Shown: positions 19,762 through 29,845 of the stretch, piece after piece
Numbering within the stretch: the first letter of the stretch is position 1
Layout: each line of letters starts with the position of its first letter
Source of the DNA: Candidatus Giovannonibacteria bacterium RIFCSPHIGHO2_01_FULL_45_24
GTDB lineage: Bacteria; Patescibacteriota; Minisyncoccia; UBA11713; 2-01-FULL-45-33
Direction of reading: 5' to 3'
DNA: 53,086 nucleotides
NCBI GenBank assembly: GCA_001778495.1
Contig: MFHE01000006.1
Coordinates: 1-53,086 of the forward strand
Notes under the pieces: model-generated
What the model saw: the letters and a program-made list of their open reading frames with translations, nothing else
The model's database searches: none
What the model was told of the DNA's origin: nothing
Program-made: the position numbers and the translations under genes

Positions 19762-19985
19762 TGGAGGCGGCAATCAAAGAAATTCTGGAAAAAGAGGTAA
19801 AGCCGATGCTGAAGATGCATTTGGGAGCTTTGGATTTCATCGGTTTTGAAAACGGCGTGGTTTCAGTGCGTTTTCAGGGCACATGCAAGGGGTGCCCGCT
19901 TTCTAATTTGACCCTAAAAACAGGAATTGAATCCCTGCTTAAGGAAAAAGTTAAGGGAGTTGAAAAAGTGGAGGCAGTTGACTAA
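19761..19985 (+). CDS. NifU C-terminal (NfuA-like) domain protein
   Basis: VKPMLKMHLG…FQGTCKGCPLS. Confidence 0.88.
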   Translation: MEAAIKEILEKEVKPMLKMHLGALDFIGFENGVVSVRFQGTCKGCPLSNLTLKTGIESLLKEKVKGVEKVEAVD

Positions 19986-19994
19986 AATAAATCT

Positions 19995-21245
19995 ATGAAC
20001 GACATGAATAAGCAACAGCTTGTCCTTTTGGTGCTTTTGGTGAGCTTCGTAACCGCCTTGGTTACGGGCATCGTCGCCGTAACTTTGCTGAATCAGGCGC
20101 CGCAGCCCATCACCCAGACTGTCCAGCGCGTCATTGAAAAAACCATCGGCTCCTTGCCGGAGCCCTTAAAGAGAGACGAGAAAAAAGAGCTGGAGGCGAG
20201 CGCCATAGCCCGCGATATTTTAATTGAAGACATCGTGCAAAGAGTTTCTCCATCGGTAGTGAGCATTGTCGCCTCAAAGGATATACCGGTAATTGAACAG
20301 TATTTTATAAACCCTTTCCCAAACGATGATTTTTTCGGCGATATCAGGATACCGCAGTACCGCCAGCGTGGCACGGAGAGGCGCCAGGTTTCCTCCGGCA
20401 GCGGATTTTTTGTTTCTTCGGACGGATATATCCTGACCAACAGGCACGTTGTTGAAGACGCCGAGGCGGAATATTCGGTTATCATGAACGACGGGAGAAA
20501 ATTAAAAGCGAAAGTTTTAGCGCGCGACGTTTTGAACGACACGGCCGTGCTTAGGATGGACGGAACGTATATCCCCATTGATTTGGGCGATTCCGAATCT
20601 TTGCGGATAGGCCAGACGGCGATAGCCATCGGGAACGCTTTGGGTGAATTTCAAAACACGGTTTCCATAGGCGTGATCTCCGGGCTCCGCCGGACCATTG
20701 TCGCTTCCGGCGCGCTTTCCGGGCCGGAGGAGCTTTCACAGTTGATTCAAACGGACGCCGCAATTAATCTAGGCAACTCCGGCGGGCCGCTTTTGAATTT
20801 AAGAGGTGAGGCAGTCGGCTTAAACACGGCCAAAGCCCAAAACGCGGAAAATGTAGGGTTTGCGATTCCCATAAACCAAATCAAGCGCGCGCTCCGCGAC
20901 GTCCAGACAAAAGGTAGAATAGTAAATCCGTACGTCGGCGTGAGATATGTGCTTGTTGCGCCCCAGCTTAAGGAAAAAAATAAATTGTCCGTTGATTATG
21001 GCGCGCTGATTACCAAAGGTGCAGGGGGCGAGGATGCAGTGCTTTTAAATTCGCCGGCGTCCACGGCAGGAATAAAAGAGGGCGACATTATTTTGGAATT
21101 CGGCGGGATTAAGGTGAATATGGATAATCCATTAAACAAGCTTATCCAGCTTCACAGCGTCGGCGATAAGGTCACAATCAAAATTTTACGCGACGGTCGC
21201 GAGATAAAGCTGGAGCTGACTCTTGAAGAGCGCAAGAATTTTTAG
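19995..21245 (+). CDS. htrA: HtrA/DegP serine protease with PDZ domain
   Basis: TM anchor, LTNRHVV, IQTDAAINLGNSGGPL, C-terminal PDZ. Confidence 0.92.
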   Translation: MNDMNKQQLVLLVLLVSFVTALVTGIVAVTLLNQAPQPITQTVQRVIEKTIGSLPEPLKRDEKKELEASAIARDILIEDIVQRVSPSVVSIVASKDIPVIEQYFINPFPNDDFFGDIRIPQYRQRGTERRQVSSGSGFFVSSDGYILTNRHVVEDAEAEYSVIMNDGRKLKAKVLARDVLNDTAVLRMDGTYIPIDLGDSESLRIGQTAIAIGNALGEFQNTVSIGVISGLRRTIVASGALSGPEELSQLIQTDAAINLGNSGGPLLNLRGEAVGLNTAKAQNAENVGFAIPINQIKRALRDVQTKGRIVNPYVGVRYVLVAPQLKEKNKLSVDYGALITKGAGGEDAVLLNSPASTAGIKEGDIILEFGGIKVNMDNPLNKLIQLHSVGDKVTIKILRDGREIKLELTLEERKNF

Positions 21246-21258
21246 TATAATATCAATT

Positions 21259-23976
21259 ATGCCTCCATTAGGACAATTTACGATAAAGGCCCAGGAGGCC
21301 TTGAAAAAGGCGCATGAGCTGGCGATAGAGCGCGGCTCAAGCCAGATAGACGGCTCGCATCTTTTGGCCGCGCTGATTTTGCAGGAAGAAGGCGTTGTGC
21401 CATCTTTGCTGGACAAACTGGAAATAGACAACGCCGGCCTTTTGGATTTGGTGACGGGCGAGCTTGAGAGCCCCATCCGCTCCAGCGTCCTTTCCCCGGC
21501 GCATCAGATTTACCTGACGCCGGAGCTGGCCAGAATTTTGGAAGAAGCCCACAAGTCAGCCATCTTTTTAAAAGACGAATTCATTTCAACCGAGCACCTG
21601 TTTTTGGGCATTTTGGAAGCGCCGTCGCGGGCGAAAGATTTACTCTCCAGATTTTCTTTAAACCGCGAAATGGTTTTGCGAGCGCTTGCCGACATACGCG
21701 GAACCCAGAGGGTTACGGACGCCGAGCCGGAGAATAAATATCGCGCGCTTGAAAGATACGCCAGAAATCTGACCCGGCTCGCGCGCGAAGACAAGCTTGA
21801 CCCGGTTATCGGCAGGGATGGCGAAATCAGGCGGGTAATGCAGGTGCTTTCCCGCCGGACGAAAAACAACCCGGTTTTAATAGGCGAGGCCGGCGTGGGA
21901 AAAACCGCCATCGTTGAGGGTTTAGCTCTGCGCGTTTCTTCCGGGGACGTTCCGGAAGGCCTGAAAGACAGGGAATTGATTTCTCTTGATTTGGGGGCTT
22001 TGGTGGCCGGGACAAAATATAGGGGAGAATTTGAGGAGCGCTTAAAAGCTGTAATGAAAGAGCTTGAGCGCGCTTCCGGCAAATTCATATTGTTCATAGA
22101 CGAACTCCATACGCTCGTTGGCGCCGGAGCCGCCGAAGGGTCAATGGACGCTTCCAATATGCTGAAACCCGCTTTGGCCAGAGGGGAGTTGCACGCGATC
22201 GGCGCCACAACTTTGAAGGAATACCAAAAATACATAGAAAAGGATGCAGCGCTGGCCAGACGCTTCCAGCCGGTTTACGTTGAGGAGCCCTCAACGGAAG
22301 ATACAGTTTCAATCCTTCGCGGCATAAAAAGCAAATATGAACTGCACCACGGCATAAAAATTACCGATTCGGCGATAACCACGGCCGTAAATCTTTCCGC
22401 GCGCTACATCACTGACCGCTTTTTGCCGGACAAAGCCATTGACCTTATAGACGAAGCAGCTTCTTCACTGCGCCTCCAGATGGATAGCATGCCAAATGAA
22501 CTTGAGGAAGCCAGAAGGGAAACGATGCGGCTGGAGATTGAAAAGGAGGCGCTGAAAAAAGAGGAAAATGCCCCGGAGAACAAGCAAAAAGTGAGAAAAC
22601 TGCAAAAACAGCTGGGCGAGCTCAAAGAAAAAACCGGAGGGCTGGAGTTTCGCTGGAAGCACGAGAAAGAAACCATAGATTCCATCCGCCAGCTTAAAAA
22701 AGATTTGGACGCTTTGCGCCAGGAGTCAGAGGCGGCGGAGCGGAAAGGCGATTTGGCGAAGGTCGCCGAAATACGCTACGGGCGCGTTCCGGAATTCCAA
22801 AAAAAGCTGTTTGCCGAGGAGGGCAAGCTCCGGAAACTGCAGGGGTCAAGGCGCATTTTGCGCGAGGAAATTATTGAAGAAGACATCGCAGACATTGTTT
22901 CTAAGTGGACGGGCATACCCGTGCGCCGGATGCTTGAATCTGAAGCCAAGAAACTTTTGAGAATGGAAGGCGAGCTTAAAAAGCGCGTCGTGGGCCAGGA
23001 AGAAGTTATTGAAAAAATATCCCAAGCCATCCGCCGCTCGCGCGCCGGGATTGCGGATGAGAAGCGGCCCATAGGGTCCTTTATGTTTTTGGGGCCGACC
23101 GGGGTAGGCAAGACAGAACTCGCTCTGGCTTTGGCGGAGTTTCTTTTCAACGACGAAAAAGCGCTGGTGCGGGTGGATATGTCGGAATACATGGAGCGGC
23201 ACGCCGTCTCCAAATTTATCGGCTCGCCGCCGGGATACGTCGGCTATGAAGAAAGCGGGCACCTTACCGAGGCCATTCGCCACAGGCCTTACGCCGTTTT
23301 GCTTTTTGATGAAATTGAGAAAGCGCACCCGGAAGTTTTCAACATAATGCTCCAGATTTTGGACAACGGCACCCTCACCGACGCTAAGGGTAGGCATGTG
23401 AATTTCAAAAACACGGTTATCATTATGACCTCCAACATAGGCGGGGAATTTACCCGTGAGATGGGGAGTTTGGGATTCGTTTCGGAGAGCAGCGGTAAAA
23501 TTGCCAAGCGCGAAGACGAGCTTAAAGCCAAAATCCAGCGCGCGCTGGAGAACCATTTCCGCCCGGAATTTTTAAACCGGCTGGACGATATAATCATATT
23601 TAATTCTCTGACGCCGGAGATGTTGAGGCAAATCGCCAAAATACAGATTATGAAGCTTGCCCGGCGCGTCAGCGGCAGAGGCATTGAGATTTTGGTAAAT
23701 AAATCCGCCGAGGACGCTCTGGCAAAAGATGGCTACGACCCCAATTACGGCGCGCGGCCTCTGCGCCGGCTTATCCAAAACAAAATTTTGAACCTGCTTG
23801 CTGAAAAAATAATTTCAAAGCAGATAAAAGAAGGCGACACGGCTTTGGTGGATTACAAAGACGGCGAGTTTGTAATCTCCGTAAAGAAGTCATCCGCCCC
23901 TTTGCCAGAGAAGCCGAAAAAGGTTAAAATAGTTGCGGGCGCAGGTGGCGGAGTGGTCAATCGCACGCGGCTGTAA
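21259..23976 (+). CDS. clpB: ATP-dependent chaperone ClpB
   Basis: Two AAA+ modules ([16 protein letters not shown]) and long middle coiled coil; start at ATG 21259. Confidence 0.93.
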   Translation: MPPLGQFTIKAQEALKKAHELAIERGSSQIDGSHLLAALILQEEGVVPSLLDKLEIDNAGLLDLVTGELESPIRSSVLSPAHQIYLTPELARILEEAHKSAIFLKDEFISTEHLFLGILEAPSRAKDLLSRFSLNREMVLRALADIRGTQRVTDAEPENKYRALERYARNLTRLAREDKLDPVIGRDGEIRRVMQVLSRRTKNNPVLIGEAGVGKTAIVEGLALRVSSGDVPEGLKDRELISLDLGALVAGTKYRGEFEERLKAVMKELERASGKFILFIDELHTLVGAGAAEGSMDASNMLKPALARGELHAIGATTLKEYQKYIEKDAALARRFQPVYVEEPSTEDTVSILRGIKSKYELHHGIKITDSAITTAVNLSARYITDRFLPDKAIDLIDEAASSLRLQMDSMPNELEEARRETMRLEIEKEALKKEENAPENKQKVRKLQKQLGELKEKTGGLEFRWKHEKETIDSIRQLKKDLDALRQESEAAERKGDLAKVAEIRYGRVPEFQKKLFAEEGKLRKLQGSRRILREEIIEEDIADIVSKWTGIPVRRMLESEAKKLLRMEGELKKRVVGQEEVIEKISQAIRRSRAGIADEKRPIGSFMFLGPTGVGKTELALALAEFLFNDEKALVRVDMSEYMERHAVSKFIGSPPGYVGYEESGHLTEAIRHRPYAVLLFDEIEKAHPEVFNIMLQILDNGTLTDAKGRHVNFKNTVIIMTSNIGGEFTREMGSLGFVSESSGKIAKREDELKAKIQRALENHFRPEFLNRLDDIIIFNSLTPEMLRQIAKIQIMKLARRVSGRGIEILVNKSAEDALAKDGYDPNYGARPLRRLIQNKILNLLAEKIISKQIKEGDTALVDYKDGEFVISVKKSSAPLPEKPKKVKIVAGAGGGVVNRTRL

Positions 23977-24023
23977 ACCGCGCGCCCGGAAGGGCTACGA
24001 AGGTTCGAATCCTTCCCTGCGCA
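23939..24023 (+). tRNA. tRNA-Tyr(GTA)
   Basis: GCGCAGG/CCTGCGC acceptor, CGCGG-CTGTAAA-CCGCG anticodon arm, long variable arm, TTCGAAT. Confidence 0.93.
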
Positions 24024-24033
24024 AAATTTTTTT

Positions 24034-24106
24034 GCCGAGGTAGCTCAGTTGGCAGAGCACGCCCTTGGTAAGGGCGAGGTCGGGAGTTCAATCCTCCCCC
24101 TCGGCT
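24034..24106 (+). tRNA. tRNA-Thr(GGT)
   Basis: GCCGAGG/CCTCGGC acceptor, CGCCC-TTGGTAA-GGGCG anticodon arm. Confidence 0.95.
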
Positions 24107-24186
24107 TAAATTTCAGCAATTGATTTTCTTGGCACGGCCTGTTAAACTTGTTTCAGTATTTGTTCGTTTGATATGTCGCCCAATTT

Positions 24187-25167
24187 TTATTTTATCTCGC
24201 AGAGCGTCTTCAGTGCCGCGAGGTCGTCAGGAGTCGCGGTTTCGTTCATTCCGCTGTTTAGGCGGTACATTATCGCTTTGTGATTTTCCAGATGCTCCAG
24301 CCCAAGCGCGTGCCCAAGCTCGTGCGCCAGCACCCTTACCAATTTTTGGCGACTGTCAAACTGGTAAATGTCTATTTGCTCGCCCCCTGGGCCGCTCCGG
24401 TAGGTTCCCTCTTCAAACTCTCTTCCCGCGGCGCCACCGATTTCGTTGTATTTTGTGACGTTGAGGTTGAGCGTCTCTACCAATCTATTCAGAACAATCA
24501 CAAACGCGTTTATGTCGTCAACTTTTGCGTTGAGCTCGGCTTCCAGCGCTTTTATTTTTGAAAATTCCTGGTCAAGCGCTTTTTTTTCCGCCGTTAGGCG
24601 GTCGTAGATATCTTTAGGCGCGCCGCCCTTCCGGTTCCAGCTCCCCACCTCGGCGTTGTAACTATCTTGGCGGACTTCAAATTCGGCAACGAGCTTTTCG
24701 TAATTCGCTTTAAGAACGCCGTAAGAAACTTTCATCGCTTCATACTGCGCTTTTAACGTTTCGTAGGAGGATTTTGTGTCCTTTACGGCAATCCCCAGTT
24801 TTTGGAGTTTAAGCGTCGCATCTTGGCGGTAGTCGTAAATCAGGTTTATTTTAAGCGCCCCGCCAGGCTTGTAAGAAAACAGCTCCAGACCCATCGGGCG
24901 CTCCCAGACATCTTCGGCCTTGGATACAGCATCCAAGAAATCTTTTTGTGAGAGGCCAAATTTTTCGTCAAAAGAACCCAAGCCGTAGGCGATCGGCTTT
25001 TGACAAGGGGAGAGTGGTAATTCAAAATTCGCCAGCGGAAGCTCAAAGTTTTCGCCCGCTTCGCCGAATCGAGGCGAGCCGTTTTTTTCCTGAATCTGCC
25101 CCCAAAAGATATAAAAAACCGCCGCAACCGCGGCAAGCAAAAGCGCAATTTTTACCGCCTTATTCAT
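24187..25167 (-). CDS. Matrixin-family (M10) zinc metalloprotease with coiled-coil insert
   Basis: N-terminal TM helix, AHELGHALGLEH and Met-turn AIMY. Confidence 0.88.
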   Translation of the reverse strand: MNKAVKIALLLAAVAAVFYIFWGQIQEKNGSPRFGEAGENFELPLANFELPLSPCQKPIAYGLGSFDEKFGLSQKDFLDAVSKAEDVWERPMGLELFSYKPGGALKINLIYDYRQDATLKLQKLGIAVKDTKSSYETLKAQYEAMKVSYGVLKANYEKLVAEFEVRQDSYNAEVGSWNRKGGAPKDIYDRLTAEKKALDQEFSKIKALEAELNAKVDDINAFVIVLNRLVETLNLNVTKYNEIGGAAGREFEEGTYRSGPGGEQIDIYQFDSRQKLVRVLAHELGHALGLEHLENHKAIMYRLNSGMNETATPDDLAALKTLCEIK

Positions 25168-25254
25168 AAATACTAATTTTAACCGATATTCAATCAAATA
25201 AAAAATCCCCGGCCTCTAGCCGAGCTTCTTATTTTTTGTTATAATCTTTTTGAT

Positions 25255-25325
25255 GGGAGATTAGTTAAGTGGCATAACTGCGGTCTCCAAAACCGCTATC
25301 GGGGGTTCGATTCCCTCATCTCCCG
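25255..25325 (+). tRNA. tRNA-Trp(CCA)
   Basis: GGGAGAT/ATCTCCC acceptor, GCGGT-CTCCAAA-ACCGC anticodon arm, TTCGATT. Confidence 0.92.
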
Positions 25326-25328
25326 AAT

Positions 25329-25487
25329 TTATTTTTTCCCTTCTTTATGCGTAGTGTGCTTGCGGCACCACTTGCAAAATTTGGAAAGCTCAATTTTCCG
25401 TTCCATCTTTTTCTTATTTTTGCGGCTCCAATAGCCGATTCTTTTGCAGGATTGGCACTGCAGTTTTATCAGGTTGTCTTGAGACAT
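25329..25487 (-). CDS. rpmG: 50S ribosomal protein L33 (52 aa, absent from the ORF track)
   Basis: Manual translation: MSQDNLIKLQCQSCKRIGYWSRKNKKKMERKIELSKFCKWCRKHTTHKEGKK. Confidence 0.95.
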   Translation of the reverse strand: MSQDNLIKLQCQSCKRIGYWSRKNKKKMERKIELSKFCKWCRKHTTHKEGKK

Positions 25488-25504
25488 TTAGATATTTTAG
25501 CAGA

Positions 25505-27454
25505 TTATCTGACGAGCCGCAAGAAGGCGTCGTATACCGAACCGGGAGAAAATTCCGCAGGCTGCTGGAAATTCGTGGGGGCTTTGCATTGGGCGCCGTC
25601 CCAAACTCCGCCTTGGGATTCGCATTGCCTCTGAAATTCTTCCTGATACTGCTGCTGGTACTGCTGTTGATATTGTTGTTGTGACGGCGGCTGTTGTGGT
25701 TGCTGTAAATGTAAATTAGAAAAATTACATTGGTTTCCGTCCCAGCTGCCTCCCTGTTTGACACATTCCTCGCCGCCACGCTCAATGTGGGGGTAATTAC
25801 AATTTGTTCCGTCCCAGGCGCCTCCCTGCTTGGCGCATTCTTCCGTGCCGCGATCACTGCCGGGGAAATTACAAGTTTCGCCGTTCCAACTGCCCCCTTG
25901 TTTTACGCATTCCTCGCCGCCATGGTCTCCACCGCCAAATCCGCATGCTTCCGGATTTGATGTGCAGTATGCCTCGCATTCCTCGCGCGACCTGCAACCT
26001 CCCAGACCGTTAAATTGCCCGTTTTCGCCAAACTCAAATTGGCCTTCCATGCCCTCCGGAATCATTTTTTCAAAACACTCTTTCATTTTTTCTCCCAGCT
26101 CCGGCCCGCCGGCGAATCCTCCCTGTTCCAATTTATCTATGTCTATCACGGATTTAAGGCATTCCTGAACCTCGGGCGGCCCGCTTTCAATCTGCCCGCG
26201 CAAAATGCGCTTGCCTTCTTCCATTCTGCTTAAATCTTCTTCGGAGATAAGGCCATATTGTTTGCCGAACTCAAAACAAGCTGTTTGATTTGCCGGGTTC
26301 TCGCAGAACGTCTGGCAGGCCCTCCCACGGCAACCGCCGGGACCCTTGCCGCCGGTTTTCCGCATTATCTCAAGGTCTTTTTCGGACACAAGCCCCGCTT
26401 TTTCCGCGAAAGCAACGCATTCGTCAAAATGCCCCTCGTCTTCGCAAAAAACTTCGCATTCTTCTTTGGATTTGCACCCTCCGGGCATCTGGCCGCTTCT
26501 CATAAGCGGAAGAATCTTTTCCATCTCTTTTAATTCCTCTTCGCTTATAAACCCGGCTTCTTTGGCAAAAGCCACGCATTCGTCCGCGTGCTCGGGAGTT
26601 TTGCAGTAAAGCTCGCAGGCGGCGCGGTTTGTGCAGTTGCCGGGGAATTTAGTTCCGCGTTTGACCGCGTTTTGAATTTTTTTCATCTCTTCCAGCTCCG
26701 CGCCGGAAACCAAGCCGCTATTTTCCGCGAAAACGACGCATTCTTCAAGCCGCCCGACATCGTTGCAGTAATCCTTACAAGAGGCCTCGGTTTTGCAGCC
26801 CCCTGGCCCGCCGCCCGTTTTTACTATCGCGGCGAATTTTTTGCCGCGTTCAATTTCGCCTTTTGTTAAAAGCCCGTTTGTCTCGGCAAAAGCGATACAG
26901 CGCTCAAGGTTCGCCGGCGTGTCGCAATAAGTTTTGCAGGCCTCTTGGCTCTCGCATCCGCCCAATTCTTTAATCGGATATTCTAAAACCGCGGGCGTTG
27001 CTTGAGTAGTCGCTGCGCCCGCCGAAGTCTCTGACGAAGGCTGGGAGGCCTCTGTCGGAACTGCTGGCGCTGATACTGGCTCAGGAAGAGGCGGCTCAAC
27101 TTTTTTCACTTGGGCAACTCCGCCAACCGGCGCGGTTATTTCAAATTCCGTTTCCTCTCCGCGGCAGTCAACGATTACCGCCTTCATCATCGGCTTAAAA
27201 TCGGAGATTTCGTTTATCAAAACATTGTCTATTTTGCGGTTTTGGGGGCACCCGTTCAAATCGCCGCTGTAAGGAAGCTTATCGGTTGGGAAAACCAGAG
27301 CGAAACTCCGGATGCCTTGGGAGTCGCGCATATTCAATATAAAAAGGTCGGTGCTTTTGTCTTTTTGAAGCGAAAAGGAAGCGTTGCCGCCGGAAGTGGC
27401 GTTTACCTGCAACGCGGCGATTAATAACCCTGCCAAAATTATCGCTTTTTTCAT
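25505..27454 (-). CDS. Secreted cysteine-rich repeat protein
   Basis: Signal peptide, repeated (P)GGCx5Cx2(Y/F)C…C units, C-terminal EECxKQGGxW(D/N)Gx2CN repeats and a Gln-rich tract. Confidence 0.8.
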   Translation of the reverse strand: MKKAIILAGLLIAALQVNATSGGNASFSLQKDKSTDLFILNMRDSQGIRSFALVFPTDKLPYSGDLNGCPQNRKIDNVLINEISDFKPMMKAVIVDCRGEETEFEITAPVGGVAQVKKVEPPLPEPVSAPAVPTEASQPSSETSAGAATTQATPAVLEYPIKELGGCESQEACKTYCDTPANLERCIAFAETNGLLTKGEIERGKKFAAIVKTGGGPGGCKTEASCKDYCNDVGRLEECVVFAENSGLVSGAELEEMKKIQNAVKRGTKFPGNCTNRAACELYCKTPEHADECVAFAKEAGFISEEELKEMEKILPLMRSGQMPGGCKSKEECEVFCEDEGHFDECVAFAEKAGLVSEKDLEIMRKTGGKGPGGCRGRACQTFCENPANQTACFEFGKQYGLISEEDLSRMEEGKRILRGQIESGPPEVQECLKSVIDIDKLEQGGFAGGPELGEKMKECFEKMIPEGMEGQFEFGENGQFNGLGGCRSREECEAYCTSNPEACGFGGGDHGGEECVKQGGSWNGETCNFPGSDRGTEECAKQGGAWDGTNCNYPHIERGGEECVKQGGSWDGNQCNFSNLHLQQPQQPPSQQQYQQQYQQQYQEEFQRQCESQGGVWDGAQCKAPTNFQQPAEFSPGSVYDAFLRLVR

Positions 27455-27457
27455 TTT

Positions 27458-27715
27458 TTATTGTTCAAAAGGGTTCTTATAAGCGTCTTTAAAAGGATTC
27501 GCCCGGTCAATCGGGTTCAGTTCTGGCACTTTATTTTGAATCGGGTTTGAGGGCACCTCCAGATTGGGCGTCGTCACGGCCTCCACAACGTCTTCGGCGG
27601 TTTTTATGGGTTCGGACTTTCCCGCAAACCAATACCAGTACCAAGCCCCGGCCGCGATTGCTATAAGCGCGATACCCGCCAGAATCAGTTTGGTCTTAAT
27701 ATCTTGAATCTCCAC
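27458..27715 (-). CDS. Small membrane-anchored hypothetical protein
   Basis: TM helix followed by …PELNPIDRANPFKDAYKNPFEQ. Confidence 0.65.
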   Translation of the reverse strand: MEIQDIKTKLILAGIALIAIAAGAWYWYWFAGKSEPIKTAEDVVEAVTTPNLEVPSNPIQNKVPELNPIDRANPFKDAYKNPFEQ

Positions 27716-27754
27716 GTTATTTTAATTTTACCATAGGATGCTAACATTGAAAAT

Positions 27755-28378
27755 ATGGCGCTTGTGGATGATTTAGTTGAAAAGGGTGCGTTAAAAAACC
27801 CGAATCTAATCAGGGCTTTCCGCGCCGTTGACCGCTGGGATTTTGTTCCGGAGCCAATGAAAGATTTCGCTTACGTTGACGAGCCGCTTGCGATAGGTGA
27901 GGGGCAGACCATCTCCCAGCCGTGGACGGTGGCTTTTATGCTTGAGCTTTTAAGTCCTAGCCCCGGGGATAATATTATGGAGGTCGGCTACGGCTCCGGC
28001 TGGCAGACGGCGCTTTTGGCCTATGTAGGTGCGAATGTCTACGCAGTTGAGCGGATTCCAAAATTGTGTGAATGGGGGAAGAGGAATGTTGAGAAATGCG
28101 GGTTTCGAGGCGTGAAATTTTTCTGTCAGGACGGAACCATGGGTTTGCCGGACATTGCCAAGCGCGTCGGAGGTTTTGATAAAATCATCGCCGCCGCCTC
28201 CGGCAGAGAACTGCCTCCGGCTTGGAAGAACCAGCTTAAAACCGGCGGGAAAATCATTGCCCCAATAGGGCACAGCATTTTTGAATTTACGAAACGGACT
28301 AAAGCCGCGTTTGACGCGTTTCCGCACCACAGCTTTGCGTTTGTGCCTTTAATTTCTGACAATGATTCAAAATGGTGA
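27755..28378 (+). CDS. pcm: Protein-L-isoaspartate O-methyltransferase
   Basis: GQTISQP, MEVGYGSGWQTALLA, FDKIIAAAS, FVPL. Confidence 0.92.
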   Translation: MALVDDLVEKGALKNPNLIRAFRAVDRWDFVPEPMKDFAYVDEPLAIGEGQTISQPWTVAFMLELLSPSPGDNIMEVGYGSGWQTALLAYVGANVYAVERIPKLCEWGKRNVEKCGFRGVKFFCQDGTMGLPDIAKRVGGFDKIIAAASGRELPPAWKNQLKTGGKIIAPIGHSIFEFTKRTKAAFDAFPHHSFAFVPLISDNDSKW

Positions 28379-29129
28379 CATCAAAAAACTTTTAATCGCG
28401 GCCTTTGCGCTAGTCCTTCTTCTTTTTAGCATTTTCTTTTTGGGAAAATTTCCGGCGTACATAAAATATAAAGAAGAAGAAAAAATAGTTTCCAATGAGG
28501 TGGCCGTGACCATTCCGGAAGGATACAACGTCCGCCAGATGGGGGAGACGTTTGAGAAAGCGGGGCTTTTCCCAAAAGACGAATTTGTTTTGGAGGCCCG
28601 GAAACACGAAGGATATTTGTTCCCCGACACTTACAGATTTTACAAAACTGCGAAGCCGGAGCAGGTGATAGGCCGGATGAGAGATAATTTCAACAAGAAG
28701 ATAACTCCCGAGATTTTGGCGGAAGCAAAAAACTCCGGCAAAACTCTGGAGCAGATTATAATAATGGCGTCTATCTTGGAAGAAGAAGTTAAAAGCGCTG
28801 CGGACATGAAAATCGTAGCGGGGATTTTATGGAAGCGGCTCCAGCTTGGCATGGGGCTCAATGTTGACGCGTCGCTCACTTACGTTTTGGGCAAACCCAG
28901 CAGCGAGTTGACGGAGGAAGATTTGAAATACGATTCTCCTTACAATACCTACCGCTATCGCGGTTTGCCGCAGGGACCGATTTCCAACCCGGGGATGGAC
29001 GCGATTTTGGCGGCTTTGCGGCCGATGGTCTCCGAATATTTTTATTACCTTACGGATAAAGGCGGCGTTGCGCGCTACGCCTGGACGCTGGAGGAACACG
29101 GCTCAAATAAATTTAAATATCTAAAGTAA
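28362..29129 (+). CDS. mltG: Endolytic transglycosylase MltG
   Basis: VTIPEG, EGYLFPDTY, MASILEEE, SPYNTY…GLPQGPISNPG. Confidence 0.92.
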   Translation: MIQNGDIKKLLIAAFALVLLLFSIFFLGKFPAYIKYKEEEKIVSNEVAVTIPEGYNVRQMGETFEKAGLFPKDEFVLEARKHEGYLFPDTYRFYKTAKPEQVIGRMRDNFNKKITPEILAEAKNSGKTLEQIIIMASILEEEVKSAADMKIVAGILWKRLQLGMGLNVDASLTYVLGKPSSELTEEDLKYDSPYNTYRYRGLPQGPISNPGMDAILAALRPMVSEYFYYLTDKGGVARYAWTLEEHGSNKFKYLK

Positions 29130-29168
29130 GAGTTGACCTAATTTCTTTTATAATATATACTTCCATTT

Positions 29169-29411
29169 ATGTTAATTATCCGCTTACAGCGCGTTGGCCG
29201 GAGAAACGACCTGAACTTCCGGCTGGTGGTTACGGATTCTAAAAGGGGGCCCAAGAGCGGCGGCTATTTAGAGGCGCTCGGCTCCTACAGCCCGAAAACG
29301 AAGAAAGCAATTTTCAAAAACGAACGCATTAAGCGCTGGGTGGCGAACGGTGCCCGGATCTCTGCTACGGCGCGCAGTTTGCTGGTTAAGGGTGGTATAA
29401 TTATCAAGTAA
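29169..29411 (+). CDS. rpsP: 30S ribosomal protein S16
   Basis: IRLQRVGRRN…FRLVVTDS…EALGSYSP. Confidence 0.95.
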   Translation: MLIIRLQRVGRRNDLNFRLVVTDSKRGPKSGGYLEALGSYSPKTKKAIFKNERIKRWVANGARISATARSLLVKGGIIIK

Positions 29412-29469
29412 CGCCGAAAATGGTCGAAAATTCGGATATTACAGGGGCTAAAGAACGGAATTTGCTATA

Positions 29470-29796
29470 ATGGTTGCAAAAGCATCTAGCACGTATTCTG
29501 ACGAGGAATTTTTGGAGTATGTGGTCAAAGCGCTTGTTGATAATCCCAGCGCCGTCAAGGTTGCGAGGAAAGTTGATGAGATGGGTGTCCTTTTGTCCGT
29601 GCAAGTGGACAAGGAAGACGTCGGCAAGCTCATCGGCCGCCAAGGCAACACCGCTAAAGCGCTCCGCACGCTTCTGCGCGTGGTCGGCATAAAGAACCAC
29701 GCGCGGGTGAACCTCAAGATTGAGGAACCGGAAGGAGGAACTCACGTTCCAAGAAGCCGGGAAGTGGACGACATGGTTGACGACCTCAAGTTATAA
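29470..29796 (+). CDS. khpA: KH-domain RNA-binding protein KhpA
   Basis: ALVDNP…DVGKLIGRQGNTAKALRTLL; rpsP-khpA-trmD synteny. Confidence 0.9.
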   Translation: MVAKASSTYSDEEFLEYVVKALVDNPSAVKVARKVDEMGVLLSVQVDKEDVGKLIGRQGNTAKALRTLLRVVGIKNHARVNLKIEEPEGGTHVPRSREVDDMVDDLKL

Positions 29797-29810
29797 TTTT
29801 GTTTAAGCAA

Positions 29811-29844
29811 AATAGAAAAACCCTCAATTGAGGGTTTTTCTATT
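29811..29844. terminator. Bidirectional intrinsic terminator
   Basis: Perfect 34-nt palindrome AATAGAAAAACCCTCAATTGAGGGTTTTTCTATT. Confidence 0.8.
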
Positions 29845-29845
29845 G

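Noticed and set aside
25347-25634. 95-aa plus-strand ORF
   Set aside because: Antisense shadow of rpmG and the Cys-rich gene.
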